Source: Savitreella phatthalungensis (Eukaryota). From it: a stretch of DNA of 64,000 nt. The first letter of the stretch is position 1; every line of letters starts with the position of its first letter. Positions 21,249-32,346 of the stretch are shown piece after piece. Position numbers and translations under genes: made by a program. Location of the stretch: contig AP039710.1 in the NCBI GenBank assembly GCA_051599415.1, positions 1 through 64,000 on the forward strand. Direction: 5' to 3'. Under the pieces are notes generated by a model. The model saw only the letters and a list, made by a program, of their open reading frames with translations. It was not told the origin of the DNA and did no database searches.

Positions 21249-22457
21249 ATGGCCGCACAGTATGGCGGCGACGAGGTTGGCGCTTTGGTTCTCGATCCGG
21301 GGTCTCACTCAACCCGTGCTGGTTATGCTGGCGAAGATACCCCGAAATGCTTGCTTCCCAGCATTCATGGTGATGACCACGGTAGAAAGCATTACGGTGA
21401 GAGCAGAATCAATGTCGCGAAACCCGAGGTTGAGTTGGTAAGTTACATGGCTGATGGCAGCATCTCAGATTTCGATGCGGCTGGGGAGTTCTGGCATTAC
21501 GCATTTGACAAACACCTGCGCGCAACAATGGCGGACCATCCATTGATGATAACAGAACCTTCGTGGTCAGGCGGCGAGGCGCGCAGAAAGACCCTTGAGA
21601 TTGCATTTGAGAAGCTTGCAAGTCCAGCGTCCTACTTGCTGAAAAATGCGGTATCATCGGCCTTCGCCGCAGGCAAGAGCACGGCCCTGGTAATTGACAT
21701 CGGACATGCAACCACCTCAATCACACCTGTATACGATGGTATTGTCCTGAAGCGCGGCTTACAAAAGCAGGACTTTGCTGGTGCGGCACTAAGTGCAGAA
21801 AGTGAGAAACTGTTCGCGGAGCGCAATATCAGCGTCGTCCCTCATTTTGCGGTGCGTCGGAAGGGCTTACCGGATTCTGGCGACGGTGCAGTCATTGACA
21901 TTCCTGATGGGCTGACGCAGTCATACCTCCGCTACCAGCGCATGCGCATCATTGAGGAGTTCAAGGAGAATGTTCTACAAGTGTTCGATGGGCACTACAA
22001 TGAGGCACTCGCACAACAACGGCCCGCTCGCGCCTTCGAGCTACCCACAGGCGCCTCAAACGAATTTGGTCCGGAGCGATTCCGGCTGACGGAGCGCTTC
22101 TTCACCAGCGGTCCTGATGGCAAGCACATGTCGATTCAGCAGCTCGCTCAGCAGGCGATTGCAAGCACGGAAGCCGATATCCGGCCCCAGTTAATGCAGA
22201 ATGTCATCGTCACTGGCGGCTCATCCTTGATTCCCGGAATGGAGGCACGGATACAGCTTGAGCTCGCAAATACGTTCTCGGGCTCGAAGCTACGTCTCTA
22301 CGCCCCGGGCAATACGATCGAGCGTAAGTGCTCTAGCTGGCTTGGCGGCTCGATTTTGAGTTCATTAGGCACCTTCCACCAACTGTGGCTTTCGAAGCAG
22401 GAATACGATGAGGCTGGTCCTGACAGACTTGCCGTGGTCGAGAAGCGCTGCCGTTGA
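21249..22457 (+). CDS. ARP4: Nuclear actin-related protein 4
   Basis: YGGDEVGALVLDPGSHSTRAGYAGEDTPK, HPLMITEP, WLGGSILSSLGTFHQLWLSKQEYDE, VEKRC. Confidence 0.93.
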   Translation: MAAQYGGDEVGALVLDPGSHSTRAGYAGEDTPKCLLPSIHGDDHGRKHYGESRINVAKPEVELVSYMADGSISDFDAAGEFWHYAFDKHLRATMADHPLMITEPSWSGGEARRKTLEIAFEKLASPASYLLKNAVSSAFAAGKSTALVIDIGHATTSITPVYDGIVLKRGLQKQDFAGAALSAESEKLFAERNISVVPHFAVRRKGLPDSGDGAVIDIPDGLTQSYLRYQRMRIIEEFKENVLQVFDGHYNEALAQQRPARAFELPTGASNEFGPERFRLTERFFTSGPDGKHMSIQQLAQQAIASTEADIRPQLMQNVIVTGGSSLIPGMEARIQLELANTFSGSKLRLYAPGNTIERKCSSWLGGSILSSLGTFHQLWLSKQEYDEAGPDRLAVVEKRCR

Positions 22458-22642
22458 GGCTCTGGAATTCTCCTTGCACTATCTGCTGTATCTACAAACC
22501 TCGCTTCCAAATGACACTCTAATGCTATTCCCCGCTTGGCCCGACGTGCATCGAAAAAACGAAGTTAGTTTGTGTTTTTATATGAGCTTTGTTTATATTT
22601 ATGATCTGGATAGTCGGTTCACCAGGCGCCGGCACGACGGTG

Positions 22643-24136
22643 ATGGACATAGCGGACTTGCTTGAGGGCCTTCCGGATTCTAGTTCGGTACGGGACATCC
22701 TCAACGGATCGACAGATGTCGCGCAGCTGTCTCCTGATGTCCTAAGGAAAGCTTTGATGGCACTGCGTGATGAGGACGAACCAGTGCTCGGTGCCCTCAA
22801 TCTCGCGTGCGATTGGCAGGACTGCTGCGGCACTTTGGATGACGTTAAACGGGCTCTGCAGGCATTTGACGCCGCCGTACAAGTTGCTCGGGAGTCGCGC
22901 GCTGAGGTCTCATTCGATGCTTCGATCGAGCCTGACGTGCTCCGGCGCATGCTCGCTCGCAACATGAACGAGATGAGCACGCCAGATCGGAATAGCAATG
23001 GCGATCCATTCAGCAAAGCTGATCATCTGTCCTTGAAGGCAACCTGCAACCTGAGCGCACGGCTACAAGCTATCAGGGCTAGTCTCTCTATGCTCCTTAC
23101 TCGTCTCGAAGCTTTTGAAGAGCGCGCCAGTGGAAGGGCGCCCGGACTAGTGGAGCGATCCCGCGAAAGTTATCGTCAACTTTGCTCACGATTTAATGAT
23201 TCGTCGTCTGCTTTGGAGCAGCTTCGTATCGAACTTGACGAGAACAGATGGCGTGCAGTTCAGCAGCACGTTATCAAGGTGGTGAACGAAATGCTTGACT
23301 CGCTCGAGATAACGATTCGTCGTATAGACGCGACCTCTCTGTCTGCAGACAATATTGGTCCTCTGATCGACAGGTTCGAATTAAAGAGAAGCTGTTATAT
23401 GCGCTCTATCCCGACTTTTTTGGACATCTTTCGGCAAAGCAACGTGATACGTCCGGCGTCGTTGAGCGGCATTGAGGGACGCTGGCACCGGGTCGCTAGT
23501 GATGTTGAAGATATGACGCGCAGATTACATGGGGCGAAGTCTGCCGGCATCGTCCATCTGACGCCATTTCAGAGAGCGAGTCGTCAATCGAGCGACCGAT
23601 CAAGCAAGTCGCATGAACCCTCAACACCGGTGCGTTTCAGAAAAGACACAAGTTTGCTGCCACCACGTGCGTCTTCTCGTTTGAGCTCATCGCACGCGAT
23701 GGACTCTCCAGCTAGACCGCCGTGGAATGCTGGAAATAGTCAGTTCATGGCTCGAGGGGAGCTGTCGGTGACGCCTGCGAGACCGTCATCCGTGTTGTCC
23801 ATCTCGCGGCCACAGACTGCGCTGGGGCGACTGACCCAGCCGACAGCAGCGAGTTTGGCACGCACGAGCTCCAATGCGTCGCCACGCAAATCAGGCATAC
23901 CAACGCCGAAACGCACGCTGCACATCCTCGAGACCAATCAGAGCCCTGAGCGCCGTTCGATGCTTCCACCACCCAGCACTCCCGCGAGGACAGCTTCGCG
24001 GCATAGTAATTTGCCGGCAAGCACTCTAAGACATGTGCTGCGGCCACAAACACCGGGGTCTGTAAACAGGCAAACATCGAGCGGCATCCCTCGCCCGTCT
24101 CTCGGCCAGAAGGCACCACGTGCTTCTGTCGTCTGA
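22643..24136 (+). CDS. KAR9: Kar9-family microtubule-cortex linker
   Basis: ARLQAIRASLSML and LRIELDENRW resemble fungal Kar9 blocks; RPPWN motif; basic S/P-rich tail with two SxIP (SGIP) EB1-binding motifs. Start uncertain. Confidence 0.7.
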   Translation: MDIADLLEGLPDSSSVRDILNGSTDVAQLSPDVLRKALMALRDEDEPVLGALNLACDWQDCCGTLDDVKRALQAFDAAVQVARESRAEVSFDASIEPDVLRRMLARNMNEMSTPDRNSNGDPFSKADHLSLKATCNLSARLQAIRASLSMLLTRLEAFEERASGRAPGLVERSRESYRQLCSRFNDSSSALEQLRIELDENRWRAVQQHVIKVVNEMLDSLEITIRRIDATSLSADNIGPLIDRFELKRSCYMRSIPTFLDIFRQSNVIRPASLSGIEGRWHRVASDVEDMTRRLHGAKSAGIVHLTPFQRASRQSSDRSSKSHEPSTPVRFRKDTSLLPPRASSRLSSSHAMDSPARPPWNAGNSQFMARGELSVTPARPSSVLSISRPQTALGRLTQPTAASLARTSSNASPRKSGIPTPKRTLHILETNQSPERRSMLPPPSTPARTASRHSNLPASTLRHVLRPQTPGSVNRQTSSGIPRPSLGQKAPRASVV

Positions 24137-24246
24137 CCATCCATTGGTAAGCTTCGAGATATCTTCGTTGTCATGCGTAATGAATTCAATGTGTTCATTA
24201 GGCGCTCACCGCCTCGGCCTGGCCTGCTACACGCTAGTCCTTCGCA

Positions 24247-25035
24247 ATGCTCTGGCTAACGACCTTTAGCAGTCTGCCCATCGTCCTCTCATGCGGACCT
24301 CCGTTCACAACGATACACATTGCTAGCGATTCCACGGCCGCGAGTTACAATGAATCAAGATATCCACTGACAGGATGGGGCCAGGTGCTTGGGCTCTATT
24401 TCGATCCTTGCGCCGTATGCATCGACGACAGAGCAATCGCCGGACGTAGTTCACGGAGCTTTATGGAAGAAGGAGCTTGGCAAAGACTACTGGACGCCTT
24501 GAAGCCTGCCGATTATGCCATCATACAATTCGGCCACAACGATGGAAGGAAAAGTGATCCGAAGCGCTACACGCCGATCGATGAATACAAGACACGTTTG
24601 ACGCAGATGGTCGAGGAAGTGCGAGTCCGGAATGCGACCGCAATCTTGACAACGCCTGTTTCGCGGCGCTATTTCGACTCGGAAGGCGTACTTCAACCCA
24701 ATCCAGCGGATTATGCTGAAGCTGCCAGAGACGTCGCACGAGAGACTGGAGCGATGCTCAACGATTTGCAGACTGCTTCAGTCCAGTTATATCGCGACAT
24801 GGGACATGTTGGTTCCGCTGAATTGTTCATGATATTCGACAAAAATGTTTGGCCGCATTATCCTGCCGGACTCGCAGATAACACCCATTTCCAGCGCCGA
24901 GGTGCGGTTGAAATTGCACGGTTATGGGCAGAGAACTTCGAGCAGAGTGGCGACCCGTTGACACGCTTCCTGGCTGGGATAGGAGATGATGCTGTGAATC
25001 CGCCCGACGTCAGCACAATCCCGATAAGCAGTTAG
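24247..25035 (+). CDS. SGNH/GDSL hydrolase, rhamnogalacturonan acetylesterase-like (CE12), probably secreted
   Basis: HIASDST (block I), GWGQ, AIAGRSSRSF (II), IQFGHND (III), DNTHF (V); hydrophobic N-terminus. Confidence 0.88.
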   Translation: MLWLTTFSSLPIVLSCGPPFTTIHIASDSTAASYNESRYPLTGWGQVLGLYFDPCAVCIDDRAIAGRSSRSFMEEGAWQRLLDALKPADYAIIQFGHNDGRKSDPKRYTPIDEYKTRLTQMVEEVRVRNATAILTTPVSRRYFDSEGVLQPNPADYAEAARDVARETGAMLNDLQTASVQLYRDMGHVGSAELFMIFDKNVWPHYPAGLADNTHFQRRGAVEIARLWAENFEQSGDPLTRFLAGIGDDAVNPPDVSTIPISS

Positions 25036-25292
25036 TTAGTCATGGAGACCGCAAATGTAAGTTAGACCAGAATCTATGATAACGAAAGTCGCATCACAAT
25101 CGGATTTAAGCCAGCTACTGGAATTTGTGTTGTGTGATATGGCGATTTCGCTAGATTTCTAGTGTAGAAGTCATACACATAACGAGATCATTCTAGCAGG
25201 CAACACAAACTGCTTCACTTCAGTGCGACGATGCAGATACTACATACTGGAGCGAGGCGATATCTCCTGTGCAAGCTGGATTCGTGCATCGT

Positions 25293-25713
25293 TGTCGCAA
25301 CCGCTCGATCGTCCAGGTCAATTGTATACACTCCGTACGCAACGCCGTCACTTCCGCACTCATTTGGTCTAGGTATGACAAGATTGCAGACCCGCATGGA
25401 GCCGTCATAATAATATTGTTCTGCGCTGGGTCCTGGTATTGGTGATATCTGGCATGCTATCTCTGTGCAGCGGGCTGCGTCCTCTTGTACCCCTGCCAAC
25501 CTGCCATGTCAGCAGAGTTGTGGTATGCATCAGTTATAGCGTAGTTGGCGTCCCTGCCTAGACCATCTCTTGTAATCCCTCTGTGTCTGTTTGTACTTGT
25601 TTGTATTTCTCGTGTTTCTTGGTGGACTCCATCTGTGTCCTCCTGTGTCGTCTGGTCCGCGTCCGTGTTGCTTTATCCGTCGCTCTCGGATCCTGCGGCC
25701 GTCTTCCGCGACA
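25293..25713. mobile_element. Degenerate solo-LTR-like repeat, copy 1 (421 bp)
   Basis: Ends TGTCGC...GCGACA form an inverted terminal repeat; aligns end to end with 26722-27145; no clean TSD. Confidence 0.7.
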
Positions 25714-26721
25714 TTACGCAGCAAAAGTAAAGATCGCGAGACGTATGAGAAGAACAGGCATGACTGTAGGTCATCGGGCCGGGCATGGCGGCCCCTGTGC
25801 TTCTTTTCGCTTCTCATTCAATGTCCTATCGTTTTGAGTCTTATTGACAGATTCGAAATCTCGACTGTGATGGTAACGGATTGATTGCGACACAAATGTT
25901 ATTGATCCGTGTCATTTCGCACAAAACAGCTCGCACAATAAGCGATTCCGGCCTTTACTTTACACCGAGTGACTATGAGAATGATCAGCGTACAGAGATA
26001 TCTCAGTGTAATTGATTGTCCTCGATCACAGATAGATTTGTACGTACATCTAAAACATTGTAGACTGTGCAAACACAAGGATGACACTTTGCAGCTCGTT
26101 TGACAACAGATCGATGGTGTCTCGTAACTATAAGTCTCAGCTGAAGTTTACAATTGTTTGGCAAGCTAAGAACACTTTTGTGCTCCGGAAGTTGCCTTTT
26201 CTTGTAGCCTCCTTCTATCAGCAGAACGGCTGCTTCAAAGAGACAGCCCTTGCTCGAAAGCCATTACAGCTTTGGCCACACAGCAGACAGAGCCAGGTCG
26301 CCACGCTCTTGCTAGTGCATGTCAAGTCAGGAAGCAGTCTCCTTTAGGAGTTCGCTGAACACGCTGAGCTTGTTTGACAGCTCTACACTCTTTGCTGTGG
26401 ACTTCCTGAAAATCAGCGTCCCCACTACTGATCATTTGATGACAGAGCTCGCATTTGCGCCGCAGAACAACCTTCAGAAACAGCCGGGAAAATGTGAATT
26501 GTTCGCACTTGGGTGACAAATTGATGAGGAAAGACCCTTTGCGCAGATGAACAGTCATCGGAGAAACGATAAATCAAAACGTGTCATGTGGGACGATGCA
26601 GCTTTTGCACATCTGAGATAGCTTTGATAGAGACAAAACAAAAACGCCATGGTGTCATTCCGCAGAATGATGTATCACTGGTCAAACTTGCGTGTTTTGA
26701 ACTTCCGGTCGATTTGAATAC

Positions 26722-27145
26722 TGTCACGGCCGGTCAATGGCCCAGGTCGATCGTATACGGTTTGTACACATTGCTGTCACTTCCGCAATCACTCAGTCTA
26801 CTTATGACAAGCTAGTAGCCCCGCATGGAGCTGTCAAATAGTATTGTTCTGTTCTAGGTCCTGGTGTTGGTGATTTCTGGCACGCTGTCTCCGCCCAACA
26901 TGTTGCGTCCTCTTGTACTCCCCCTACCAACCTGCCACATCAGCAGAGTTGTGGTATATATCAGATATAGCATGGTCGGTGCCACCGGCTAGGCCGTCTC
27001 TTGTAGTCCCTCCATGTCTGTTTGTACTCGTTTGTATTGCTCCGTGTCACACAGTGGACTCCGTCTGTGTCCTCCTGTGTCGTCTGGCTCGTGTCTGTGC
27101 CGCTTCGTTCGTCGCTTTCGGGTCTTGCGGCCGTCCTCCGCAACA
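26722..27145. mobile_element. Degenerate solo-LTR-like repeat, copy 2 (424 bp)
   Basis: Ends TGTCAC...GCAACA; direct repeat of 25293-25713 with many CpG transitions. Confidence 0.7.
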
Positions 27146-27274
27146 ACTGGGGATCCAACAGCTCTTCAATCTGAGGTAGATGTCTGGCAAGTCCATTTGT
27201 ACTAGCTCGCAGTCTTCAAGAGAAGTTACTGCAAATTGCGCTCGTAGGAAAACTTGCAAAAAAAGGTAACAGAA

Positions 27275-27881
27275 CGGAAGCCATTCATATCCGACACATT
27301 TGACCAGAAAAGATTGCTCTTGTTCCGACATATGCACACTGGATCAATGAAGACTGGAAACATGTCATGTGATCTGATGAAGCCTCTGTGAGCCTAGGCA
27401 AGCTCTCAGGAAGGCACTTTGTGCTCAACAGGACTTCAGATCTGCTCAGAAATAGCAACCTACTGCCAAGCTTGAAACATCCAAGTAGGGCGTCATTGTC
27501 TGGGGCTGCTCCTCTGGAGATACTCTGTGAACCCCAGGTTCTTTGAGAAAGGCTGCATTGACAATTAAATCTACACTGAAGTCCTCACAGACACCCTGAT
27601 GCCCTTCATTAATGCTGAACCAGGCTTGGCGTAATTTGTTCTCCCGACTCTCCAAACCGCAATCCCATGAAGGACTCGTTTTCCTAGCGAGAGCAACATT
27701 TTGGAAGCAGTGGCGCTCCCGGAAGGCCTCAACTCCGGTCAGTTTGATTTTGAAAGCTAAAATTCTTGTGCAGCAAGCCTGGACATCAGTCTTCAAGGAA
27801 TATCTCTCAAGCCTGGCAAAGAGCATGCCTAGATGGATTCGGAGAGTGATTTGTGCTGGAGGTGGGCATCCAAATTACTAG
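27275..27881 (+). pseudogene. Tc1/mariner transposase relic
   Basis: RKPFISDTFDQKRLLLF, frameshift, HWINEDWKHVM*SDEAS (WSDE motif with TGA at 27370), VIVWGC, and C-terminal SLAKSMPRWIRRVICAGGGHPNY*. Confidence 0.85.
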
Positions 27882-28866
27882 CTATTTTTTTAAAATATTC
27901 ATCTGACCGGGGATATCCCTGTGTGTACAGACGGCCAAGGTCAATAGTCCCGCCAGACAATGCCGAAGACATGCAGCACCTCCTTTTGCAAAAAGCATGC
28001 AAGATATCACCAGTAGAGAGCGATGTGATAAGAGAGACTAACACACCTCACGGCAATCTTGATGCTGCGACTCTTGTGCCCGCTAACCCGATTCTGGTGC
28101 GCATAGCCCGAAAGCTGGATTCGAAGCTAGTCTTGGCTGGTCACGCTTTCTGCTAGTTGCCCTACTCTGTAAGTATCGCGGCATCTTCGACGCGCACCGG
28201 GCTATCGCCGTTTTTGCGTTGTCGAACTCTGCAATCAATGTCCTGATGATCATGATCTTGCTGCGTTCGACTACGCAAATCTCAATCGCTTGTGGCTTTT
28301 TTCTGAAAAAGACATTCGACTCCGATCGACGAGAAAGGAAAACAGCCGAAGTAGAGCCAAGAACGAAGCGATTCACAATCCGACCTTCAAGGTCTCTCTG
28401 CATTATTTATGATCCATCGCAGGACCACAGCTCGCTATTGTCGAGCAAGGGCAAACAAGCTCATCTGTATGTCATGGAAGCTTCACTCATTATCCGGCCA
28501 GATTCCACACCCCAGACCCTAGCAGGAGACCACTGCGCGTGGATCGATGCAAAGCTAGAACTTCAGCCATCTTCATCTCGTTTCACAGTTTGTAGACCAC
28601 GAATTTACATGCTAGCCAGCGAAGGACTTCCGCTTTCGATCGATCCACAATTCTGAAGGCTTCTGATTGGTCTGCTCAAATTCGCTCTGCTAAGCACAGA
28701 TTTGACCGATGCGGGCTTGTGAATTTGAGAGCGGCTCGGTAGAGAGGACATGGTTACGAGTCAGAGGTACATCACATAACAACGGTTCTCCGCACGTACG
28801 AAGTCTTGCTACACACGCATTCTTCAGGGTATCCAGGCGTTCGAGCAGCCTTTGTATAAAGGAATA

Positions 28867-30096
28867 ATGACGACTCAAGGCGCTGTGCCTGAAGCGGCAA
28901 AAAATCTGTCGCTCGCTGCTATCCTGGGCGATCAAACCTGCCCGCCATGTTCGCTCAAGGAGTTCCAGGACTACCTCGTATACAAGGAACACTCTGCAGA
29001 AAATCTCCAGTTCTTCAATTGGATCTCCTCTTATGAGCGCCGTTTTGAGCGACTCGGCGAAGAGCAGAAGACAAAGACGCCGAAACCGCCGCCGCGAAGG
29101 GCTTTGGCAACGCCTTCGCTGCGCGGCCGCAGCGACTCGTCAAGCTCGCGCAGCTCTATTGTCAGCAGTCTTCTGACGAAGATCAACGAGGAGAAAAGCG
29201 ACGCTGACAATGGAATGCCAGAATCTGCCGTATCTTCCCGACCGGTATCGATTTCGGAGAAGTCTGGGGTTGCGCCAGCGATCGATGGCACCGTCCCTGC
29301 AACGGGCGCTGCTCCCGGAAGACTTGCGAGCGCTTTGAGTACCTTGCAAGAGCAGGAGCCCACAACAGCAGAGGAGATTGAACAGTTTGCGCCAGAGGAT
29401 CAGCCATTCCGCGCGGAAGTAGACCGCGTCATAGCCGCATTCTTTGTGCCCGGAGGACCCGCCGAATTGAACGTAACAGGTCAAATCCAGCGCGCGATCA
29501 GAGAGCAAGCCAAGAAGACGACGCATCCAGAGATTTTCAGCGAAGCAAAACAGCATGTGTACACGACAATGCAGAAGTCGTCATTCCCGGAATTCAGCAA
29601 GCTGGCTACCGCGAATATCAATCACGAGAAAAAGGTCTTCTGGCTCTGCGTTGGGGCAACTGACTTCATGCTCGGCGTTATGACTTATTTGCTCTGTATT
29701 CTGCTAAAGGCCGGTCGTGGTTGGCGTTGTTTCGGCATCCCGTTCACATGGTTCGGCTGCATGCAGTTCTACTCCGCTACTCTCGACCTCTGTTTCCAAG
29801 TTTATGGGCGGACTGCTCGCCAGCTGTATCCATGGGAGCTTCTTGAGGACGACAAATCATATCACCTCGACACTGCCTCGGTTGACTTCGGAAACAGTAA
29901 CATTGGTGGCATCAATTTCAAGGAAATCAAAAGGACTTTGCTGCCCAGGTCCAAGGTTTTCGAGAAGGAGAAAGTCATCGAGGATCCTGCGGTCAAGGCG
30001 ATCCAGCGTCGGCGCTGGGCCCAGACCTACATCGTTGCGACGACCGTAGCAGCCTGCGTGATTGCTATCTTCCTGGCCGTGCCAAATAGGCCATAG
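28867..30096 (+). CDS. RGS-domain membrane protein (Rax1-like)
   Basis: PPCSLKEFQDYLVYKEHSAENLQF, FFVPGGPAELNV, THPEIF; three hydrophobic C-terminal segments. Confidence 0.8.
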   Translation: MTTQGAVPEAAKNLSLAAILGDQTCPPCSLKEFQDYLVYKEHSAENLQFFNWISSYERRFERLGEEQKTKTPKPPPRRALATPSLRGRSDSSSSRSSIVSSLLTKINEEKSDADNGMPESAVSSRPVSISEKSGVAPAIDGTVPATGAAPGRLASALSTLQEQEPTTAEEIEQFAPEDQPFRAEVDRVIAAFFVPGGPAELNVTGQIQRAIREQAKKTTHPEIFSEAKQHVYTTMQKSSFPEFSKLATANINHEKKVFWLCVGATDFMLGVMTYLLCILLKAGRGWRCFGIPFTWFGCMQFYSATLDLCFQVYGRTARQLYPWELLEDDKSYHLDTASVDFGNSNIGGINFKEIKRTLLPRSKVFEKEKVIEDPAVKAIQRRRWAQTYIVATTVAACVIAIFLAVPNRP

Positions 30097-30140
30097 TATA
30101 GGCCATATGCAGTTGAACATTCCTATTTTTGCTATTAGTT

Positions 30141-31013
30141 CTACCTATTCCTCGTATTCTTGAAGTATTGAGTAAATATCGAGTTGTCTTTGAGCTCACC
30201 GGCCTTGACGTCCTCAGGCACGTCGTCCCATGTGATCCGCTTCTCGGCTCCTCGTGCACCACGTCCTGCCCGATCGCTCTTGAGCCAGCACAAGCAAAGC
30301 TCTAGTAATGCCGAGTTGCTCTCGTCATCGCGCGTGCGAATCGTGGCGAGATATTTTGCCGGTGGTCCCACTTCGAGAATTTCGCCCAGAGACATGTGCA
30401 CCAGATGTGTTGGCCAATTAGCTAGACCGTCAAAGATGTGCGTGGCGTAAACGATTGTGCAGCCGCGTCTTTGGGTCTCGTCCTTCAGGAAAGCGAGCAG
30501 ATCACTGCGGGCTAGCACATCGAGATCTACGGTGACTTCGTCAAGCAAAAGCACTTGCCACTCACGCATCAGTCCCATCGTGAGCTGCACTCGTCTTCTT
30601 TCTCCATCGGATACCTGGTTCATCCTCCAGTTTAGGTCGACGTCGAGAATCGCGAGTAGTCGATCGCGCCTCTCTGGGAAATTGTCTGCTCCAATCGATG
30701 CAAGCAAATGTGAAACCTTGATATCGTTGCGGACAACAGGGTTGTTGGCCCATTCTGTGCCCAGGTACGTGATCCCATCGACATTGTCCCTGAAAGGATC
30801 CTTACCCTTGATGAATACCTGCCCTTGAGGAGCGATACGTTTGCCCGCGAGCAGACGCAGAATCGTCGACTTACCTGCACCATTTGCACCGACCAGCAGA
30901 GTGGTCGATCCCGGTGGTAAGCTCAAATTTATGTTCACAAGCGACAACGGCAGCTCGGGACTGTGACTGAAATTCAATCCCTTCACTGCGATAGCCGGAT
31001 TTGCGTGCTCCAT
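30141..31013 (-). CDS. CAF16: Soluble single-domain ABC ATPase, CCR4-associated factor 16
   Basis: [47 protein letters not shown]. Confidence 0.9.
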   Translation of the reverse strand: MEHANPAIAVKGLNFSHSPELPLSLVNINLSLPPGSTTLLVGANGAGKSTILRLLAGKRIAPQGQVFIKGKDPFRDNVDGITYLGTEWANNPVVRNDIKVSHLLASIGADNFPERRDRLLAILDVDLNWRMNQVSDGERRRVQLTMGLMREWQVLLLDEVTVDLDVLARSDLLAFLKDETQRRGCTIVYATHIFDGLANWPTHLVHMSLGEILEVGPPAKYLATIRTRDDESNSALLELCLCWLKSDRAGRGARGAEKRITWDDVPEDVKAGELKDNSIFTQYFKNTRNR

Positions 31014-31269
31014 GGTATAGCATCTGCATTCGAAAGTGACGTCGATATATGCGCCAAGTGACCTATAGTGAATAGAAACTGCACGTGCATGCACGATGCA
31101 CATTTCCTGAGGGATGCGGATTCACATGCACGACCCGAGCTCAGGCGGGGACCACGATCGAGCACGAACGAGTTGTCTCATGAAACACGTTCCTCGGTCT
31201 GATACATTTGCGCAGTGCTCCTACTATTACACCTGAAGATGCGTCCTCTGTCCCGCCTGACGCTAACGC

Positions 31270-32313
31270 ATGTCTTCCGTCCTGCGCCGGATTCGAGACT
31301 ACCTCGAACACCCAGCAGGGTTTTCAAAGGCAACCTTGCAGACGTGCCTGACCTTGCTTGATGATCCGCTTAGGCCAGAGGAGCAACACAATCCACCAGT
31401 CAATCTCGAGCTCAGTGGCCTTGAAGAAGCTCTGGCGGATTTACCTTACGCTATTCTTGAGGTAGAGGGAATGATCGAATGTCTCTTCGCCACAATGTCA
31501 AATTGCCGAGTTCTCGATGACGATACGCTCTATGACATTGATTGTGCTCGGGAGAGATTGAATCTCGAAAAGCTGAAGCAGCGCGTTTCTGAGCTTTCCC
31601 TCTCAGAGGCCGGTCTTGCTGACCTGTTGAGCATCTCTCTATTGTTGCGACTTCTCCCAAAGCACGACCGCTTGCAGGATGCAATAGAATCGATGATACT
31701 CTGCAACGCGCTGCGCAAATATGGACCTGGAGTTAATGAACCAGAACCATGCTCTGCTTGGCTCATAAGCACGCCGAAATCGGCTTCCACCCCATCAAGT
31801 GAATGCCTTGACCGCCGTATTGGACGAATTGTCTCTGAGACAATATCGCCGGCAGCAGGCGTGTCCGTGCAACGTGTGACACTCGACTTGTCCCGAGTAG
31901 CTCCAGGGCAATTCTCCCATATCGAGACCCCGACACAGTCAGCTAGACAAGCTGAAGAAGTGGCACCTGGCTGGTACAGCCTCAAACTTTGGGACGGCAC
32001 GGCCAAGAATGTTTACTGCCGGGTCGTGGGAGCAACGGTCATGGTACGTGTCGGCGGCGGCTACCAGGAGCTCAAATCTTTCTTGCAGACGTGGTCTGCA
32101 CACCATGCTCCAGTGACGTATCCGGCCGGCAACCTGGAAATGCACGTATCAGGGAGCGATGCAATTCAGCGAGCACGTCTGAGCTCGTTCCACTCGAGCC
32201 CTGACAGGCGTACACGCGAAATACGAGCCGCTCGAGAGCGTTGGACTTCCGAGACTTCAAACACTGTTCCCTCAGCTCTCCGTATGACATCTCGAGAAGC
32301 TTCATTGCATTAG
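31270..32313 (+). CDS. GAS2/GAR-domain protein (microtubule-binding)
   Basis: VYCRVVGATVMVRVGGGYQELKSFL matches the GAR consensus MVRVGGGW. Confidence 0.75.
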   Translation: MSSVLRRIRDYLEHPAGFSKATLQTCLTLLDDPLRPEEQHNPPVNLELSGLEEALADLPYAILEVEGMIECLFATMSNCRVLDDDTLYDIDCARERLNLEKLKQRVSELSLSEAGLADLLSISLLLRLLPKHDRLQDAIESMILCNALRKYGPGVNEPEPCSAWLISTPKSASTPSSECLDRRIGRIVSETISPAAGVSVQRVTLDLSRVAPGQFSHIETPTQSARQAEEVAPGWYSLKLWDGTAKNVYCRVVGATVMVRVGGGYQELKSFLQTWSAHHAPVTYPAGNLEMHVSGSDAIQRARLSSFHSSPDRRTREIRAARERWTSETSNTVPSALRMTSREASLH

Positions 32314-32346
32314 AGACGACGGTAGTCGTGCTCGAGGTATGCTTGA

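Noticed and set aside
22600..22630. GATCTGGATA..ACCAG resembling part of a TPP riboswitch
   Set aside because: It lacks the CTGAGA element and correct spacing, and there is no thiamine gene context.
25293..27145. Two LTR-like copies as the ends of one intact retroelement
   Set aside because: The outer flanks (ATCGT/ACTGG) are not a TSD, the copies are highly diverged, and no gag/pol remnant or PBS is seen between them.
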